Source of the DNA: Macrostomum lignano
Lineage: Eukaryota
DNA length: 48,497 nucleotides
Direction: 5' to 3'
Assembly (NCBI GenBank): GCA_002269645.1
Contig: NIVC01001720.1
Location: 1 to 48,497, forward strand
Shown here: piece after piece, positions 21,785-34,991 of the stretch
Layout of the letters: every line of letters starts with the position of its first letter
How positions within the stretch are numbered: position 1 is the stretch's first letter
The notes under the pieces: model-generated
Databases searched by the model: none
What the model saw: only the letters and a program-made list of their open reading frames with translations
What the model was told of the DNA's origin: nothing
Translations under genes and position numbers: made by a program

Positions 21785-22967
21785 CAGTGATGGGCATAGC
21801 GGGCGCTAAATTTGAAATTCGCTATAGCGCCGCTACGATTTTTGAAATTCACTAATATCGCTAAATTGAATTTTGACTTAGCGTACGCTACAAAAGCGCC
21901 GCTACATTTTGCTCAAATTCGCTGAAAATTGAAATTCGCTAAATTTTAGGCAACAAATTTTATTTTACATCGTTTTTTAGGGTTTTCAGTCTTCTAAACA
22001 ATTTTGTTTTACTGATTTTAATTTTTTAAATCTTTTTTGAACGTACGTAACGTAAGGACCAGTATTTAGAATTTACAATAAAGTCATGTATACTGTACTC
22101 ACTGATACTGTCATATTGATACTGATAGGGATAGAATTATAGAAATAAAATAAATTGATAATCAGTCATACTCATAGTCATAGGACTCATAGATAGATCA
22201 TAGACTGATGCTGATGCCTGAATCCTGATAGACGATAGTGATGACTGATGAATGATGAGTGATGAGTCTAACTTTTCTTTTTTGTTTTTGTTACTTGTCT
22301 CGTTTTTGCTGCTGTTGTTCTTGCTGTTTGTTTTTTGTCTGAATAATTATTTTATCTCCTAAATAAATCTATAAATGTTCATTTTAATATTTAATTTATT
22401 CAATTGATTTAATTGCGAGTGCCGTAATTACAATACAATTCCGTAAATCAGCAATTCAATCAATTCCGATAGTAGAATTTAAATAGTCACGTCAATTACC
22501 AACACTGACTGCCAACCGGCGACGCTGACTGACTTGGCAATTGGCAGTGGCAACTTACTAAGTAAAGATACTAAACTTACTACGGTACTACTGTCTGTTA
22601 GTGTTAACTGTACTGGTAACCTTACCGGTATCCTTTGGCTTCGCGCAGTATAAGTACAACAAATTACTTTTTTTAATTTGACGAATTTTTTACTAATTTG
22701 CGTTTTATTTTAATAAATATAAAGTAAAATCTCTCTAATATTTACACTGCTTAAACTAAACAAAAGAAACGGTAAAAATGAATCTTTTTTTCATGTTTTT
22801 AGGAAATTTTGAATTTTAGCGAATTTTATATTTAGCGGCGCTAAATTTGCTAATTTTGAAACTAAAATAGCAGCCGCTACATAGCGGCGCTAACTTTTTT
22901 TTTAAAATTTGATAGCGGAAACGCTATATAGCGGCGCTACAAAAATATTTAGCAGTGCCCATCACTG
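21785..22967. mobile_element. Non-autonomous hAT element (1183 bp)
   Basis: TIR CAGTGATGGGCA...TGCCCATCACTG. 8-bp TSD ATATTATT / ATACTATT (7 of 8 match). Repeated TAGCG(G)CGCTA subterminal motifs at both ends. No ORF. Confidence 0.88.
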
Positions 22968-23186
22968 ATACTATTACATTAGTTGATAGTTGACAATTTA
23001 TTCATTGAAACTTATTGTAGCTAAACTTTTTAGCTAAACCTAAATATATATACAAATCAATTGTTTTTTATTAGGCCTATAGTGAAATTGTGCTTATAAA
23101 ATTAAATATTAGTTTAATAAAAATTATTAGATAAAACAAAACTTCAAGAAATTATGAAATAAAAAATAGCTATCTTTCATTCTAAT

Positions 23187-25116
23187 AACAACAACACAAC
23201 AACAGAGTACGCTGCCAGTTCACAAAAGCAGCGTCAGATGGCGCGCTTCAAAGCTTGGGCGCGAACAAAAGCCGCACCGCCGGCAGAGTCCGGGGCGCCG
23301 GCGTCAGCCAGCAGACAGTCGACGTAGCGCCGAGTCTTCGCCTGTCCCCGCCGGTAGGGTGCCTGCAACGTAAGTAGCAGCACCTCCTGCACCGGCTCCG
23401 GACAGTAGGCCTCGGCGCGGATGACGTGGCCTGCCAGCTGGAGTCGCCGACGGCGCAGCAGATCGCTAGGACGGGCCAGGCCGGCGCGATGATAGAGCGC
23501 CGTGTTGGTGACTCGCTCGTTGCCGATCTTGAAGGCGGCGCGCAGCAGGCCAGCGTGCGCCGCGTCGACTTGAGCCTCGAGCGAGTCTGTCAGCGTCCAG
23601 GTCTCGGCGTTGTATAACAGGACGGTCTCGATCACCGCCTGGAACAGCGCCGCCCTCTGGCGGTCCGGTAGGGCCTCGGACTGCAGGACTGACCTTATAG
23701 AACGAAAGGCAGCCCAAGCAAGTCCTCGGCGACGCCGCAGATCCTCGCGGACGTCGGGAACCAGACCGCCGAGGTAGACGAACTGCTGACATCTTGGAAG
23801 CTCACTCGCCTGTCCGTCAGCGCCTCGGCAGAAGATTGCAGCCTCGGTGTCGTCCGGCACGCATAGCACGACGGTCTTCTGCGTGTTGACCACCAGGCCG
23901 ACGCTCGCCGCAACGGCAACCAGCCTATCCAGCTGTCGTTGCGCGCCCTCGACGGTCGAGGACAGCAGGGCGAGGTCATCGGCGTAGCCAAGCACGCTGA
24001 GCCGTCTCTCCGGTTGGCGTCGACCCACGCGTCGCCGCAGCAGGAAGCCGTCGTCGTTGGAAGGCAGAGCAGTCCGTAGCACCCAGTCAAGCACCAGAAT
24101 AAATAGGAACGGCGCTAGCGTATCTCCCTGGAGCACCCCGGAGGATGTCTCGAAGAAATCCGATAGGCCGTCCTATCGGAGACGACCCCGCGATCGACGA
24201 AGCGAGGGAAGATCTGGAGAGGCTCCGACTGAGTGGGCGGCCAACTCGCGAGGCGGAGGAGGCTCTGGCGGCTGTCTACCTGCAGCGGCAGCAGTCCGCT
24301 GTCGATGACGCCATCCAAGCCGTCTCTGCCGCAGGGCCCGATGCCAGAGGGCGCGTGGCCTGGTCCGCCATCAACACTCTGACGGGGCGAAAGCGGCGCA
24401 TCGCGCTCAACCTGGCAGGCGACACTCCGGATGACCGCAGGAACGAGCTGCGCGAGTTCTTCGCCGCCATTGTCAACGCGCCGCCCCCTCCGCTTCCAGA
24501 AAATCTGAGGCTGCCGCCGGAGACGCCGTTGCCGGCGGAGGAGAGCTTCAATGTTGCCCCAGTCAGCACAGCCGACGTTGTGAAGTTCGCTCGGCAGTCG
24601 CCGGGCGGCAAAGCGCTTGGTCCGGACGAGGTGCCCACCGAGGCGCTGCGGATCCACTGCGTGGCCACTGAGGTCGCCAGAGTGATGAACCGCGTGCTTT
24701 TCGGTGAGGTGGCGCCAAACGAATGGACCACGGCGCACATCGTCGCCATTCCAAAGAAGCCGGGCACCACCAAGCTCGAGGAGCATCGAGGCATCTGCCT
24801 ACAGTCCTGCGCCGCGAAGCTGTTCAACCGCATGCTGCTATCGCGGTTACAGCCTGTGCTGGACCCGTACCTGCGACCTGAGCAGAACGGATTCCGGCCC
24901 CATCGCGGCACAGTGACGCAGATCCTGGCTCTTCGACGAGTCATCGAGGAGGCGCGCATCCGCCAGTTGACCCTGATCCTGATCTTCGTCGATTTCAGGA
25001 AGGCTTTCGACTCGGTCGTGAGGGACGCGCTCCCAGAGGTGCTCCGTGCGTACAACGTGCCAGAGCTGCTGATTTCTGCTGTCATGGCGCTGTACCACGG
25101 CACGACGGCTGCTGTC
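23187..25116 (-). mobile_element. RTE-like non-LTR retrotransposon, 5'-truncated with inverted 5' segment
   Basis: The minus part (24171-23234) encodes the RT C-half (QGDTLAPFLF, YADD, YLG) and ends in a hairpin plus a (GTT)n tail. The plus part (24172-25116) encodes the preceding RT N-half (GPD, RGICL, EQNGFR, FVDFRKAFDSV). TSD TTCATTCTAAT at 23176-23186 and 25117-25127. Confidence 0.95.
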
Positions 25117-25871
25117 TTCATTCTAATGCAAAGATTTCATTTTTTAGCTTGTAAAAGTAAAAAACTTTTGCTAAAAATGAGTGTTTTTATAAAAAATTGT
25201 ATTTTTTTAATGCCATAATGCACTTAATTATTATAAAAATACTCCTAATTATAAATGAGCCTAATTAGCATACTTTAGTATCTTAAAAAACTAAAATTTT
25301 ATACTATAAATTTACAATGCTAAATATTTCATTCATATTTTAAAATCCAAAAAGCTGTTCTAAAACTAAAGTAAACTATTGCTCTGAGTTTTAATACCAA
25401 AATAGCAGAGTTAATAGGTTTACTTCCACTAGAAGTACATTGCTATCGCCTATCATGCTTGTGTAGTAGGCCTAATACCTCTATCTCTCAAAAATCCCAC
25501 TAGATGCCACAAAGTTGTAGCAGGCCCCTTAATTCTACCTTTCCTAACTCTACTAGATATTACCAAGTTGCTATAGGCCTTATTAATTTCTTACCTAGTT
25601 GTACTAAACTATACTGGATTTTTACTGTTTTCCTAGAATTTAATTCCTACACTTACATGTACTTTTATACTTTATGGGCTATCGTCGCTACGAATTACCC
25701 CTGGTAGCCTCAGTGCCCGAGCGGCAAGACACTGCTAACTACTGCTAAATTTGTATCCTACAGTCCAAACACGACGTTTACCACAGATCGAGGGGTTTTC
25801 GGCTTCCTTTATTACTGTCTCTCACGACTTAGAACTGTATCACGCTTGGCTGCAACAGCTTGGACAGTTTA

Positions 25872-25975
25872 CCTTCTTCACTGGGTATTTCCACCCTTCT
25901 TACTGGGTATTCCACCCTTCTTACTGGGTATTCCACCCTTCTTACTCTGGGTATTCCACCCTCTTTACTGGCAAT
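25872..25975. repeat. 21-bp minisatellite, ~4 copies
   Basis: Unit CTGGGTATTCCACCCTTCTTA. Confidence 0.85.
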
Positions 25976-26491
25976 CCCTGCCTATCACTGTACTAGCAAA
26001 ATGCTCTTTGCTATCCAACACGGTAACTTAGTCTGCAATACTGCTTTAAATGACTAATTCAGAAGAACCAAGAAGTCTTAATTTCCTGTTAACCGAATTA
26101 GGAACCCGAAAGGTCGAGGTCAAGTCCGAGTTAAAGAACGTTTTTTTTGGCCTTGTATTTATAGTAGACAAAGTTTTATCCTATTGGTTTGTGTATCATG
26201 CGTTTAAACAACAGTCAACTAAAACAAAATTATTTCACCTTACTAAAACAAAATTTCTACGTTTAAAACAAAATAATGCATTAAAACAAAAATATACAGT
26301 ATTTGTTATTTTTGGCAGGAATTTGATTTCGCAAATACTAATAATTTCCTAGAATAGAATATATGAGCCCTTCTACACTTGCTTACATTACAACTAAAAA
26401 ACATAGCTTAGAATAGATCAAATTTCAAAGTATACAAAAAATAAAATATTAGACCTACAATTTTATCATACATATAAAATGCATAAATGCA

Positions 26492-26730
26492 CATAGGCAT
26501 TGGAATAAGTGGGGGGCTGCTGCTTTAATGATTTTAAATATCTCCATTATAACCTAATATAACCTATTATATTAGGCCTAATTTAAATGAGGCAGATACT
26601 GCAGAGTTAACAATTTTTTCAGTAAACAGATGTTAGTGTTGGGCTACCCCCTCCCCACCCCCCCCCCCCCTAGTCATCAACAGTTGTCTGCCCCATCCAC
26701 CTTTTAAAGCGTTCCGACCCGACGCCTATG
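26492..26730. mobile_element. Short hAT-type MITE
   Basis: Ends CATAGGC...GCCTATG. 8-bp flanks TAAATGCA / AAAATGCA (7 of 8 match). Confidence 0.6.
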
Positions 26731-27654
26731 AAAATGCACATGGTACAACGTGTAAGTTAGGTCTACAAGATACAAATCCAATCCAAATAGTGAATAAGAT
26801 CTGACACCTGCTTAGGCGCTTTAGCCAAATTAAAACTCCTTTATATGTCTATAAAATATATATCTTGTTCTATTGAAAAGCGATATTTAATCGTGAGACT
26901 ACGATCGATGTTAGTCGGTTAGTTCCTTGTAGAAACACAGTGAACTGCTTAAAGACGTTATATTTTCCAAGACACTATTCTAGTATTTAAAATTAAAAAT
27001 AAATAAAATGTTTAGCATTTAAACAAATTAGTAAATTTAAACCATATTTTACAAACCTTTAAAACTGAAGGCTGATTTCAAATTTGTTTCACTTTAGGCA
27101 AAAGTTCTAATTTAAAAAATTAAAAGCCCCCAAGCCGAAGGTTTGTACAACGGATTTTATTTAACAAGGATAATTTCATTTTTGGCGCGTTTCTCTCGGC
27201 CTGCTTATTCAACAGGCTTTGTCTCCTATTGTCGTGACCGGAATCGGCTTTTATGTAGTACAAAATGATTAAACGATTGAGAGGCATGTAAAAACATTTT
27301 AATGGACAATTTCAAGGTTCCAAATTAACTCTCTTACCGTCTTTCTTCATCTTGTCTGCTGCTGTCTCTTAGGTCGCCTTATCTCAATCGGCTGTCCGTC
27401 TTTCTCTTGTGTCTGTTTCTTCTGTCATTCTTCTGTAGCTGTACGAGCTCATATTAGCATGGGTGGAACTCGCGGTGCTTGAAAAAGCTGCATAGAGACA
27501 GCATATGGGCTGCTGTAGTTTTTTGTCGGTTGCTGTCGAGGCTTCCAAAAGCTTACTAGGCGTAGCGTGACAGCTTAGAAGATACATAAACAATGTGCAA
27601 TTTCTGCAACAGCAGTGGAGCTATATATATATGGTACAGAAAACGCAGTACATG

Positions 27655-27920
27655 TAGGCGATCTTCCTACACTCGCGTCGACATTTACGAGGTAGACAGG
27701 TTATGAGGTAGACAGGCTCGATCAGTGAGGTACACAGGTATCAGTGAGGTAGACAGGCTTGATCAACAAGCTCGAAAAGGGTTACGGTTAGGGTTAGGTT
27801 AGGGTTAGAGCTTGTGCCTTAGGTTTAGGGTTAGAGCTTACCTTTTCGAGCTTGTGATGGTTATTGCTAAATCAGTTTTCGACGATGTGACTTTTCGAGC
27901 TTATGATGGCGACCCGCCTA
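27655..27920. mobile_element. MITE-like element with internal TTAGGG-like repeats
   Basis: Outer TAGGCG...CGCCTA. GAGGTAGACAGG repeats. Perfect 15-bp inverted repeat (27766-27780 / 27841-27855) around a 60-nt GGTTA(G) tract. Confidence 0.55.
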
Positions 27921-28345
27921 AAGCTTCCATGTACATTTCAGTGGACTTGCTAATGTACATTACTGCAGAACCAATTAGCATGCTGTTTACGCCTGCAAGC
28001 TTGGGCTTCTAAGCTCATTAAAGTCTTTTATAGCGGCTTTTATTGTATAAAATAGCTTATGTATTCTTCAATGCTACTGAACTGAAGGTAGAAAGCTGTT
28101 TTACTAAGTATATATGCCTGAGTGGCCCATCTAGTTATTTTAGTATCTGTGATTCTCATCGGATGCCGCTGGTGAGATGAACTTTCGAGTGTTTATTTTG
28201 TGTACGCTCCGCTCCATACATGTTCGCCAATAGCTGTTTCTGATCTACATGTAGTTGGTTTTTAACGACCAAAACTAAGATTCTGGCCACAGCTGCATCG
28301 TTCTATAAGTTTACGCTGACAAAACTCAGTCGATCAGTATCGGCT

Positions 28346-28900
28346 CAAATCGAAGTTTCTTCTTTTGTGAGGAGCATTGCAGGGGGGAATTGACTATGCA
28401 GATCTGGAGAGTTCCGATCCCACAATAAAATGCCTACAGTCTGTAGATAATAGGATCTGGAGAGTTCCGATCCCACAATAAAATGCCTACAGTCTGTAGA
28501 TAATAGTACAGTTTCTACCACTCGCAGATCGGGATTGATCTATCTGATCAGCTCGTCCGCCTATTCATAAATTAGAACACAGCTCCTTCCATCGCCTCAC
28601 CAACATACTCTCCAACTCGCTGCAGCGGGGGAGCCGACGCTCAGGAGGTCACTCGTTCTGCTTTTTCAAAGCTCTTCTGTATGCAGTTCAGCGAAATTTC
28701 ATACTGATGTTTGATGAGATATATGTGCAGCCTTCAATCCGGTGCAGCCTTCAAACACCTGATTGGGGCGTGCAGTCGATGCTGCCAGCCAAACGGCGCG
28801 AACAATACTGACCATCATGGCGACGCTCCATTTTGGTTGAAAGCCATTTGTCATCCGACTATTGCCTCGACTTTAGTTAAGCTTTGCACAGGTGAGTGAC
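28346..28900 (+). pseudogene. Decayed P-element/THAP9-like transposase remnant, copy A
   Basis: ctgatgtttgatgagatatatgtgcagccttcaatccgg = LMFDEIYVQPSIR, resembling the P-transposase LMFDEM motif. Homologous to 34066-34640. Confidence 0.4.
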
Positions 28901-29868
28901 AACCATATCCAGTACATCTTAACAACCAACCAATCATGGCAATTTGGTTGATAAATGACAATTAACCAACCATCCAACCATCCTTTTATCTTTTCTTGAC
29001 AATCAAGTACCACAAGCTTTTGAGTGGCAAAGCTCCCTCGCCGGATTTAAGACTTCACTTGATTAAAGATTCGGTACATTTGTTGAATTGTCTGACTGAA
29101 TTAAAGAACGGGGTTCTGGCACTAAGTCTACCGGGCAGTGACTACTGAGTTTTGTGAAACGGCAAAGTGGACACGAACATTATCACATTAGTAAAACGAC
29201 AATTGGTTTGACACTGGAAGCTTGTTAACATGTATCTAGCATATTCAGCAGCTATGCAGCTATAACTACAAGTGAGAGTCCCTTGCTACAGAGCTCCACT
29301 TTGCTGTAGATACACAGTTCCAGCTCTGTACATAATCCCTTCATTTATTATGTTCGTGTCCTTTCGGATTCTATTTTACACGACGTTTCCGTTTCATTCT
29401 ACATAAATCTACACGTTTCATTCTGCACGTTTCATTCTTTTCAATTCAAACAACCTTCTTATACGATTGTGTAACGAATTTATAAAGCGTTCTACGCGTT
29501 CCTTAATATACGACCGTACGTATTCTATATTAAATTACAGGTACACAAAAGAAAACTCTTAACAATATGTATCTGTTGAAAGCAGATTTGCTTTATATTT
29601 GCCAAGAATGCAGCACATAGGAAAACAAAACGTTCAAGTATTAGTAAATTAATTTCAGTCTGTACAAGCCACCTGTATATTACTAAATAAAGTACACTCA
29701 CTCAAAAAACTAGATTTTGAAAAGAGTTGGCAAATATTTTCCTTACATGCATGAAGTTCTAACATCTACAGAAGTATAATGTCAAAATACAAGGTAACTA
29801 ATTGAGCCTGTGTATCTGAACTACTCTTAAAGTACAAGATCCCATTTCTCGTTCAGACCCAGAAAGCG

Positions 29869-30344
29869 TCAGACTATGTACCCCGATGCGTGGTTTTTAC
29901 CGCCGCACTTATACGTACTGTCACCGAGACAGCTTATGTCGCAATTGGATTTGTCGCGCTTGGCATGATGCCGAAAAGCTTTGTTGCAATGGCAGGTGTC
30001 CTGTTGCATTATCACAAAGTTACTTTCATAGCCATTGTCCTTGCAGAACTGGCGACACTTTAACGGGTCGCCGTTCAAAATATCAACCGATGTGCCCGAA
30101 TCGGCGTTGATGAACATCCCCTCGGCATAGTAGCATCCAGGCTCTTCCACGGTGGCGTCAGGAGAGAATACATTCTCTAAAACGTTTCGAGGCAGGTTTA
30201 TACCAAAGCAATTCACCACACCGCTGCCAACACTATTGGAACATTACTGAGACATTCATCAAACTTACTAAGACTCCTCGGGCAGGCTTCGGTAAAGCGA
30301 AGAATGCAAAACACGACAGTCAGAAAAACTAGAAACTTCTCCAT
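29869..30344 (-). CDS. Small secreted WSC-domain protein, copy A (127 aa)
   Basis: Exon 1 30344-30269 (signal peptide MEKFLVFLTVVFCILRFTEA), phase-1 intron GTAAGT..TTTTAG, exon 2 30176-29869. WSC pattern GCY..C..C..CHC..C..C.GD..CGG..Y with 8 Cys. Confidence 0.85.
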
Positions 30345-31084
30345 GCTTGTTTTCTAGATTTATGCAGAGATGTTTTATGCTGAAAAATAATTGAATTGCT
30401 TTAGAATAAAAGCATTAACCGGCGTATGCACGTAGTTGCTTCAATTTAGCTATCGATTTACAAAATTCTGTCACGGCATACAGGTCTTTAGTCTAGGGTA
30501 CAACATATCTAGATAATTAACTTTTTTGTAATCTCCTTTTAGCTAGAGCACTTCCCAGTAACTTGCGCATCTTAAAGGCGTTTCTACCTCTATTACCGAC
30601 CCCGGCCTCTAAGTTCTCCCGCCCGGTACCTGTGTAAATACTCGTTGATATGTACGTGTAGTTTAGATCCTCAATAGTCAATTTCCGAGTACTTGAAGTC
30701 GCTTATACTTCTTTAAGATGGACCGCGGCATATTCGTTGCCCATTATTATTTTTCAGTATTTAAGCATTATTTTAGCAATAGTACCGCACATGCAAGTAT
30801 AACATGTTACTCGTAAAAATAATAAGCAAGCAAGAAGTAAAAACACAACCGATATGTGACTATAAAGTCTCTACTCACAGAAAGTAGTGCGTACCGCAAC
30901 TAGAATCTAGCTAATCTAAAGTTTATCGAATGTTTCACCTGCTCAATATTTTGCCTATGATAAACGTCCTACATGTATCTCTTATTTTCTTTATACTATA
31001 AGCCATCATCTCCAATGGACAGTATGAGGCCATGGATATATTGAGCAGCGGATAGCCAACTGACGACCTGTTTGACGCTCCTGT

Positions 31085-33604
31085 CCCAGTGAAAAAATGA
31101 TATGGATTCCATGTGGATTTTTCATATGAAATCCATATGTGCATTTGTCTCCGTCCATCCATGTGGAATCAAGATATGGATTCCACATGGAAGATCCACA
31201 TGGAAGTAATTATGTATTTCACATAGAATCCACATTGTCATTGAGTAAGCAGCCATTATACTGGTTGCCATAATAAATTGTTGCATCCTAAATCACAAAA
31301 TAATACCAGATCTTAAAATTTCATACGAACCCCAGATCTCAATACTATATAAAAGAAACTGAAACACAGATAAAAACACTAGCTATAGCCAAAAATATTT
31401 CTGCACAAAAATATATTCAAACAGGATGTCTCAATAAGTAAGGTGTATTTATGTACAGTAGTGAGTCACTGGCACACAAAGAATAAAGACACTGATGTAG
31501 ATATTGATATCTTTAAAGTTGCGCTGCGCATATGATATAATATATAATTTGAAATTGACATTGTCAATAGCATTAATTAATTAACAATAATATAATGCAC
31601 CAGAATTAAAACAGTCAGAAACATGCTGCTGCCAATTGCCAGAATGCTGCTTCTTCAGGTCAGGTGAGCAACCTTAGAAAAGAAAGGGGTTAAATAACAG
31701 AATTTTATAACAGATTGATGACAGATTTTGTAATAGATTTTGATAGATTTTGATCTTATAACAGATTTTGATGACAGAAAAAAATCAGTTTATAACTAAA
31801 ACTTACCATTGCTTCACAAAAGGTAGCATTCTAGATATTAAATTCAAATTCCAAGTAGCTTTGCATGCTTCTTCAAAGGCAAGACCAAGGTGACATCCAA
31901 GTTTGAGGATGGGCCATGTAATATTAGGCTGAAATGAAATAGAAAAATAATTGTTGCCAATTAAAATTGGTGGATTATATTGATATAATTCATAAAACTA
32001 ATTTAAGGATGAATACTTAATAAAGTTTATTTTAAAATTAACTAGGCCTAAGTCCTAGGTTTATTTTTTATGCACAGTGTGCATATGTACCCTAAATTTT
32101 AAAATGACACCTTGAAAATTGAAATTAAAAAGTGGATACAGCTTAGGTGCGATCTCATTACCTATTTTTCTATTGAAGCCTTATTTGCACTGCCTTTATA
32201 TTAGAAAAAAATTGTATTCTAAGCCTTAAAATCATAAAACCCTAAAAGTGAGCATAGGCCCCTAGGGTATGATTTTGCCACTTGTCTCTAGCAAAAAGAA
32301 AACCCTACCTAAGTCAATCAATAAAATTACCAATGAAATAATAAGTACAAAAAAAGTTAATATATGTTTCTATAAATTTAATTTTTTATTTTAAAATTGA
32401 TTTTAGACTATAAAGTATTTAGGCAATGCAATGCACGTTTTTTATATTTGCTAGCCTAGTATGATTTAACATTAGGCCTAAGCCTAAATAGCTAGGCCTA
32501 TGCCCTATGGCTATTAAATACTAGACTTGGCCTAAATCAGATCAAATTTACAATAATCATTATTTATTAATAATAGCAACCTTAGGGATCTGCTAGGCTA
32601 GCTATGCCAAAAGCAAGTTGCAAGTGTAATTGTAGAATTATTTATTACAAATATTGTTTTTAAAAATGCAACAAGTCCAAAAGATGCTAATAGGCTTTTT
32701 TAAAGAAAATCATAAATTAATAGATTTTTAACAGATTAACTAGATTGACTAGTCACAAATCACAAAGTCAAGCTAGTCCCAACCTTAATTAAAATAGAAG
32801 GACCTAAATTGATAGTTATAGGCCTAGCTTAAAATAGGCCTAATAAGCATACATATAAATAGATAGGTAGGACTAAGAGGAAATTATGAACTTCTAAAGG
32901 CCTATTTAAGTTAAAAAAATGAGTAGCCAATCTATGGACATGGCCATGGGATTCCTAGAAATTGGATAGGCCTAAATAAATTTATCATGGATTTTACCAA
33001 AATTATTAGGCCTATCTATGATAAAATACTGATTTATCTAATTTCTAATCCCATGGAGGCCATGGTCTTATAAGTTATTGCCTATAGGCTAGGTCTACTA
33101 ATTTTTTTAAGGTGCTTAAATAGCCATAAACAAGGCAATTTATCTTTCAAGGCCTTGAACCAAGACATTGACGAATATAAAAAAGTAATTTAATTTTAAA
33201 AAGCACGAAACATTTTTTATTGTTCACTTCTATTTTGTCTATTTTAACAAAAAGTGTCCTTTTTTCCGATTATAATTTAGCTTTAAGATATTAATTTTTA
33301 CTTAAAAGCATATAAATATAATAATTAATTTTAGAAATTTCATAAAAACGTCTGAATGTGGTGTATCACAGTTTTTTATCGAAGTGGATTCCATGTTGAA
33401 TCAATATACGCTTATTTCTCATGAATTCCTTGTAAAATCCACATCAACATTAGGACAGTAAAAATAAAAAAATAATGCGTAAAAAATACTTTGCATACCA
33501 TTATGTCATTTTTAAGTCATTAATTTGCAAAAATTAAAGAAACATTTAAATTCCACATGGCCACGTGGAACCCACGTGGAATCCATGAATCATTTTTCAC
33601 TGGG
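31085..33604. mobile_element. Non-autonomous CACTA/EnSpm (CMC)-type element (2520 bp)
   Basis: TIR CCCAGTGAAAAA(A)TGAT at both ends, 2-bp TSD GT/GT, and clustered TCCATGTGG/CCACATGGA subterminal repeats at both ends. Confidence 0.75.
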
Positions 33605-34065
33605 GTCCGACCTGTCGTAAAGAAAAAGAGGTTGTCTCTCGGAACGAAAGATTAATGACAAAGCCGCCTTTAAAATGGCATAACAAGCAACATAAGTAAA
33701 TGGTAGCTACCGGATGGCTAGTTGTAGCTAAGAAAGTTAGAGATAAAGACGACTTTGTGTTTTTTTCTAGCTTTACCATGACATGCATCGCTTATTAATG
33801 TACTTCACTCCGTGACGGATCCCATGGGAGTCTGCACCAAGGACTGGCCACCAGATACTCTAATCTAATTTATAAGAAAAGACGCCACTTCTTTGTACCA
33901 AAAGACCCCAACTTGAATTTTTTGTCAGGTTTTGACCATCTTTGTTTAGTGCATGCAAAATCAAGGTAAAAACTTGTATACCACTAAAACAGAAGTAGTT
34001 TATGCGACGCTTGTATTCTGGTAGCTGTTATAGTTATTTTGGACCGACTTGAACTCAGTATCATT

Positions 34066-34640
34066 TGAAATCGAAGTTTCTCTTTTGTGAGGAGCATTGC
34101 AGGGGCAATTGACAATGCAGGTCTTGTGATTTCCGATCCCAAAATTAAAATTTTTAATCGACGAGTTGAAACTTATAGCTTTGGATTGGCCGACAGCCCG
34201 TAGATATAGTATATTTCTACAACTCGCAGATCAGCGTTGACTTGTATCTACCTCAGCTCATTCGCTATTCATGCATCAAATCACTCCTTCCATCGCCTCA
34301 CCGGCGCACTCCAAGTCGCTGCAACAGTGGATGTTGACACGGAGCCCGACGCCCAGGAGGTCACTCATTCTGTATATTTTTCGAAGCTGTCTGCACTTCA
34401 GCGGAAATTTCATACTAATGCTTGATGAGATATATGTGCAGCCTTCGATCCGATGCAGATGCAAACATCTGATTGGGCCGTACAGTTGATGATGTCAGCC
34501 AGGACGGCGCGCGAACAATACTGGCCATTATATGGCAGAGCTCCTTTTTGGTGGAAAGCCATATTTGTCAACCATTTGCCAGACATTCGAAGCTTGCTAT
34601 CCATCCAGCATTCAGCTGTGCGGCTTCAGTTGTATAACCA
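34066..34640 (+). pseudogene. Decayed P-element/THAP9-like transposase remnant, copy B
   Basis: ILMLDEIYVQPSIR in ORF 34271-34489. Homologous to 28346-28900. Confidence 0.4.
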
Positions 34641-34685
34641 CAAGTGAGAGTCCCTTGCTGCAGGGCACACCTTTCTCACTAGGAA

Positions 34686-34991
34686 TGTAGAAAAAATACT
34701 AACTAAACTAAAAACTATTTAATTGGAGTTAAATTGAAGGAGCAGTAAGTGGGCGCAGGGCCCAAACCGATATATTTATAGAACATTTAACTTTGGGGGG
34801 TTGAGCCTAGAATAATAAAGAGAGGGGGTGGAGTGCGCGACTGAAGAGAGAGGCGAGAATGGAGAGCCAATCAGAAGGCAGCAAGGGAGAGAGAGATAAG
34901 AATAACAAGATTGAGCTAGACAGAGAGAGAAAACAGAGTAAACAGAGACAAGTGAAGGTGAACTAAAGAAATGACTAGGAAAGTCGCGACA
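34686..34991. mobile_element. Solo LTR (306 bp)
   Basis: TGT...ACA ends and 5-bp TSD AGGAA on both sides. Absent from the paralogous site near 29300. Confidence 0.85.

Noticed and set aside
24057-25121. Long alternative-frame and antisense ORFs over the LINE
   Set aside because: By-products of high GC content; the RT frames explain the region.
27185-27235. Minus-strand ctgttga..gaaacgcg hammerhead-like string
   Set aside because: The core is mutated, and there is no stem II or UH cleavage site.
30180-30270. LRRNT-like Cys pattern upstream of WSC copy A, suggesting a frameshifted polycystin-like gene
   Set aside because: The segment lies between a conserved GTAAGT and TAG, carries indels in copy B, and its removal as an intron restores the frame in both copies.
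30715-30905. Possible small Helitron-like element
   Set aside because: Hairpin-like ends are present, but the terminal TC/CTAG signatures are not convincingly placed.
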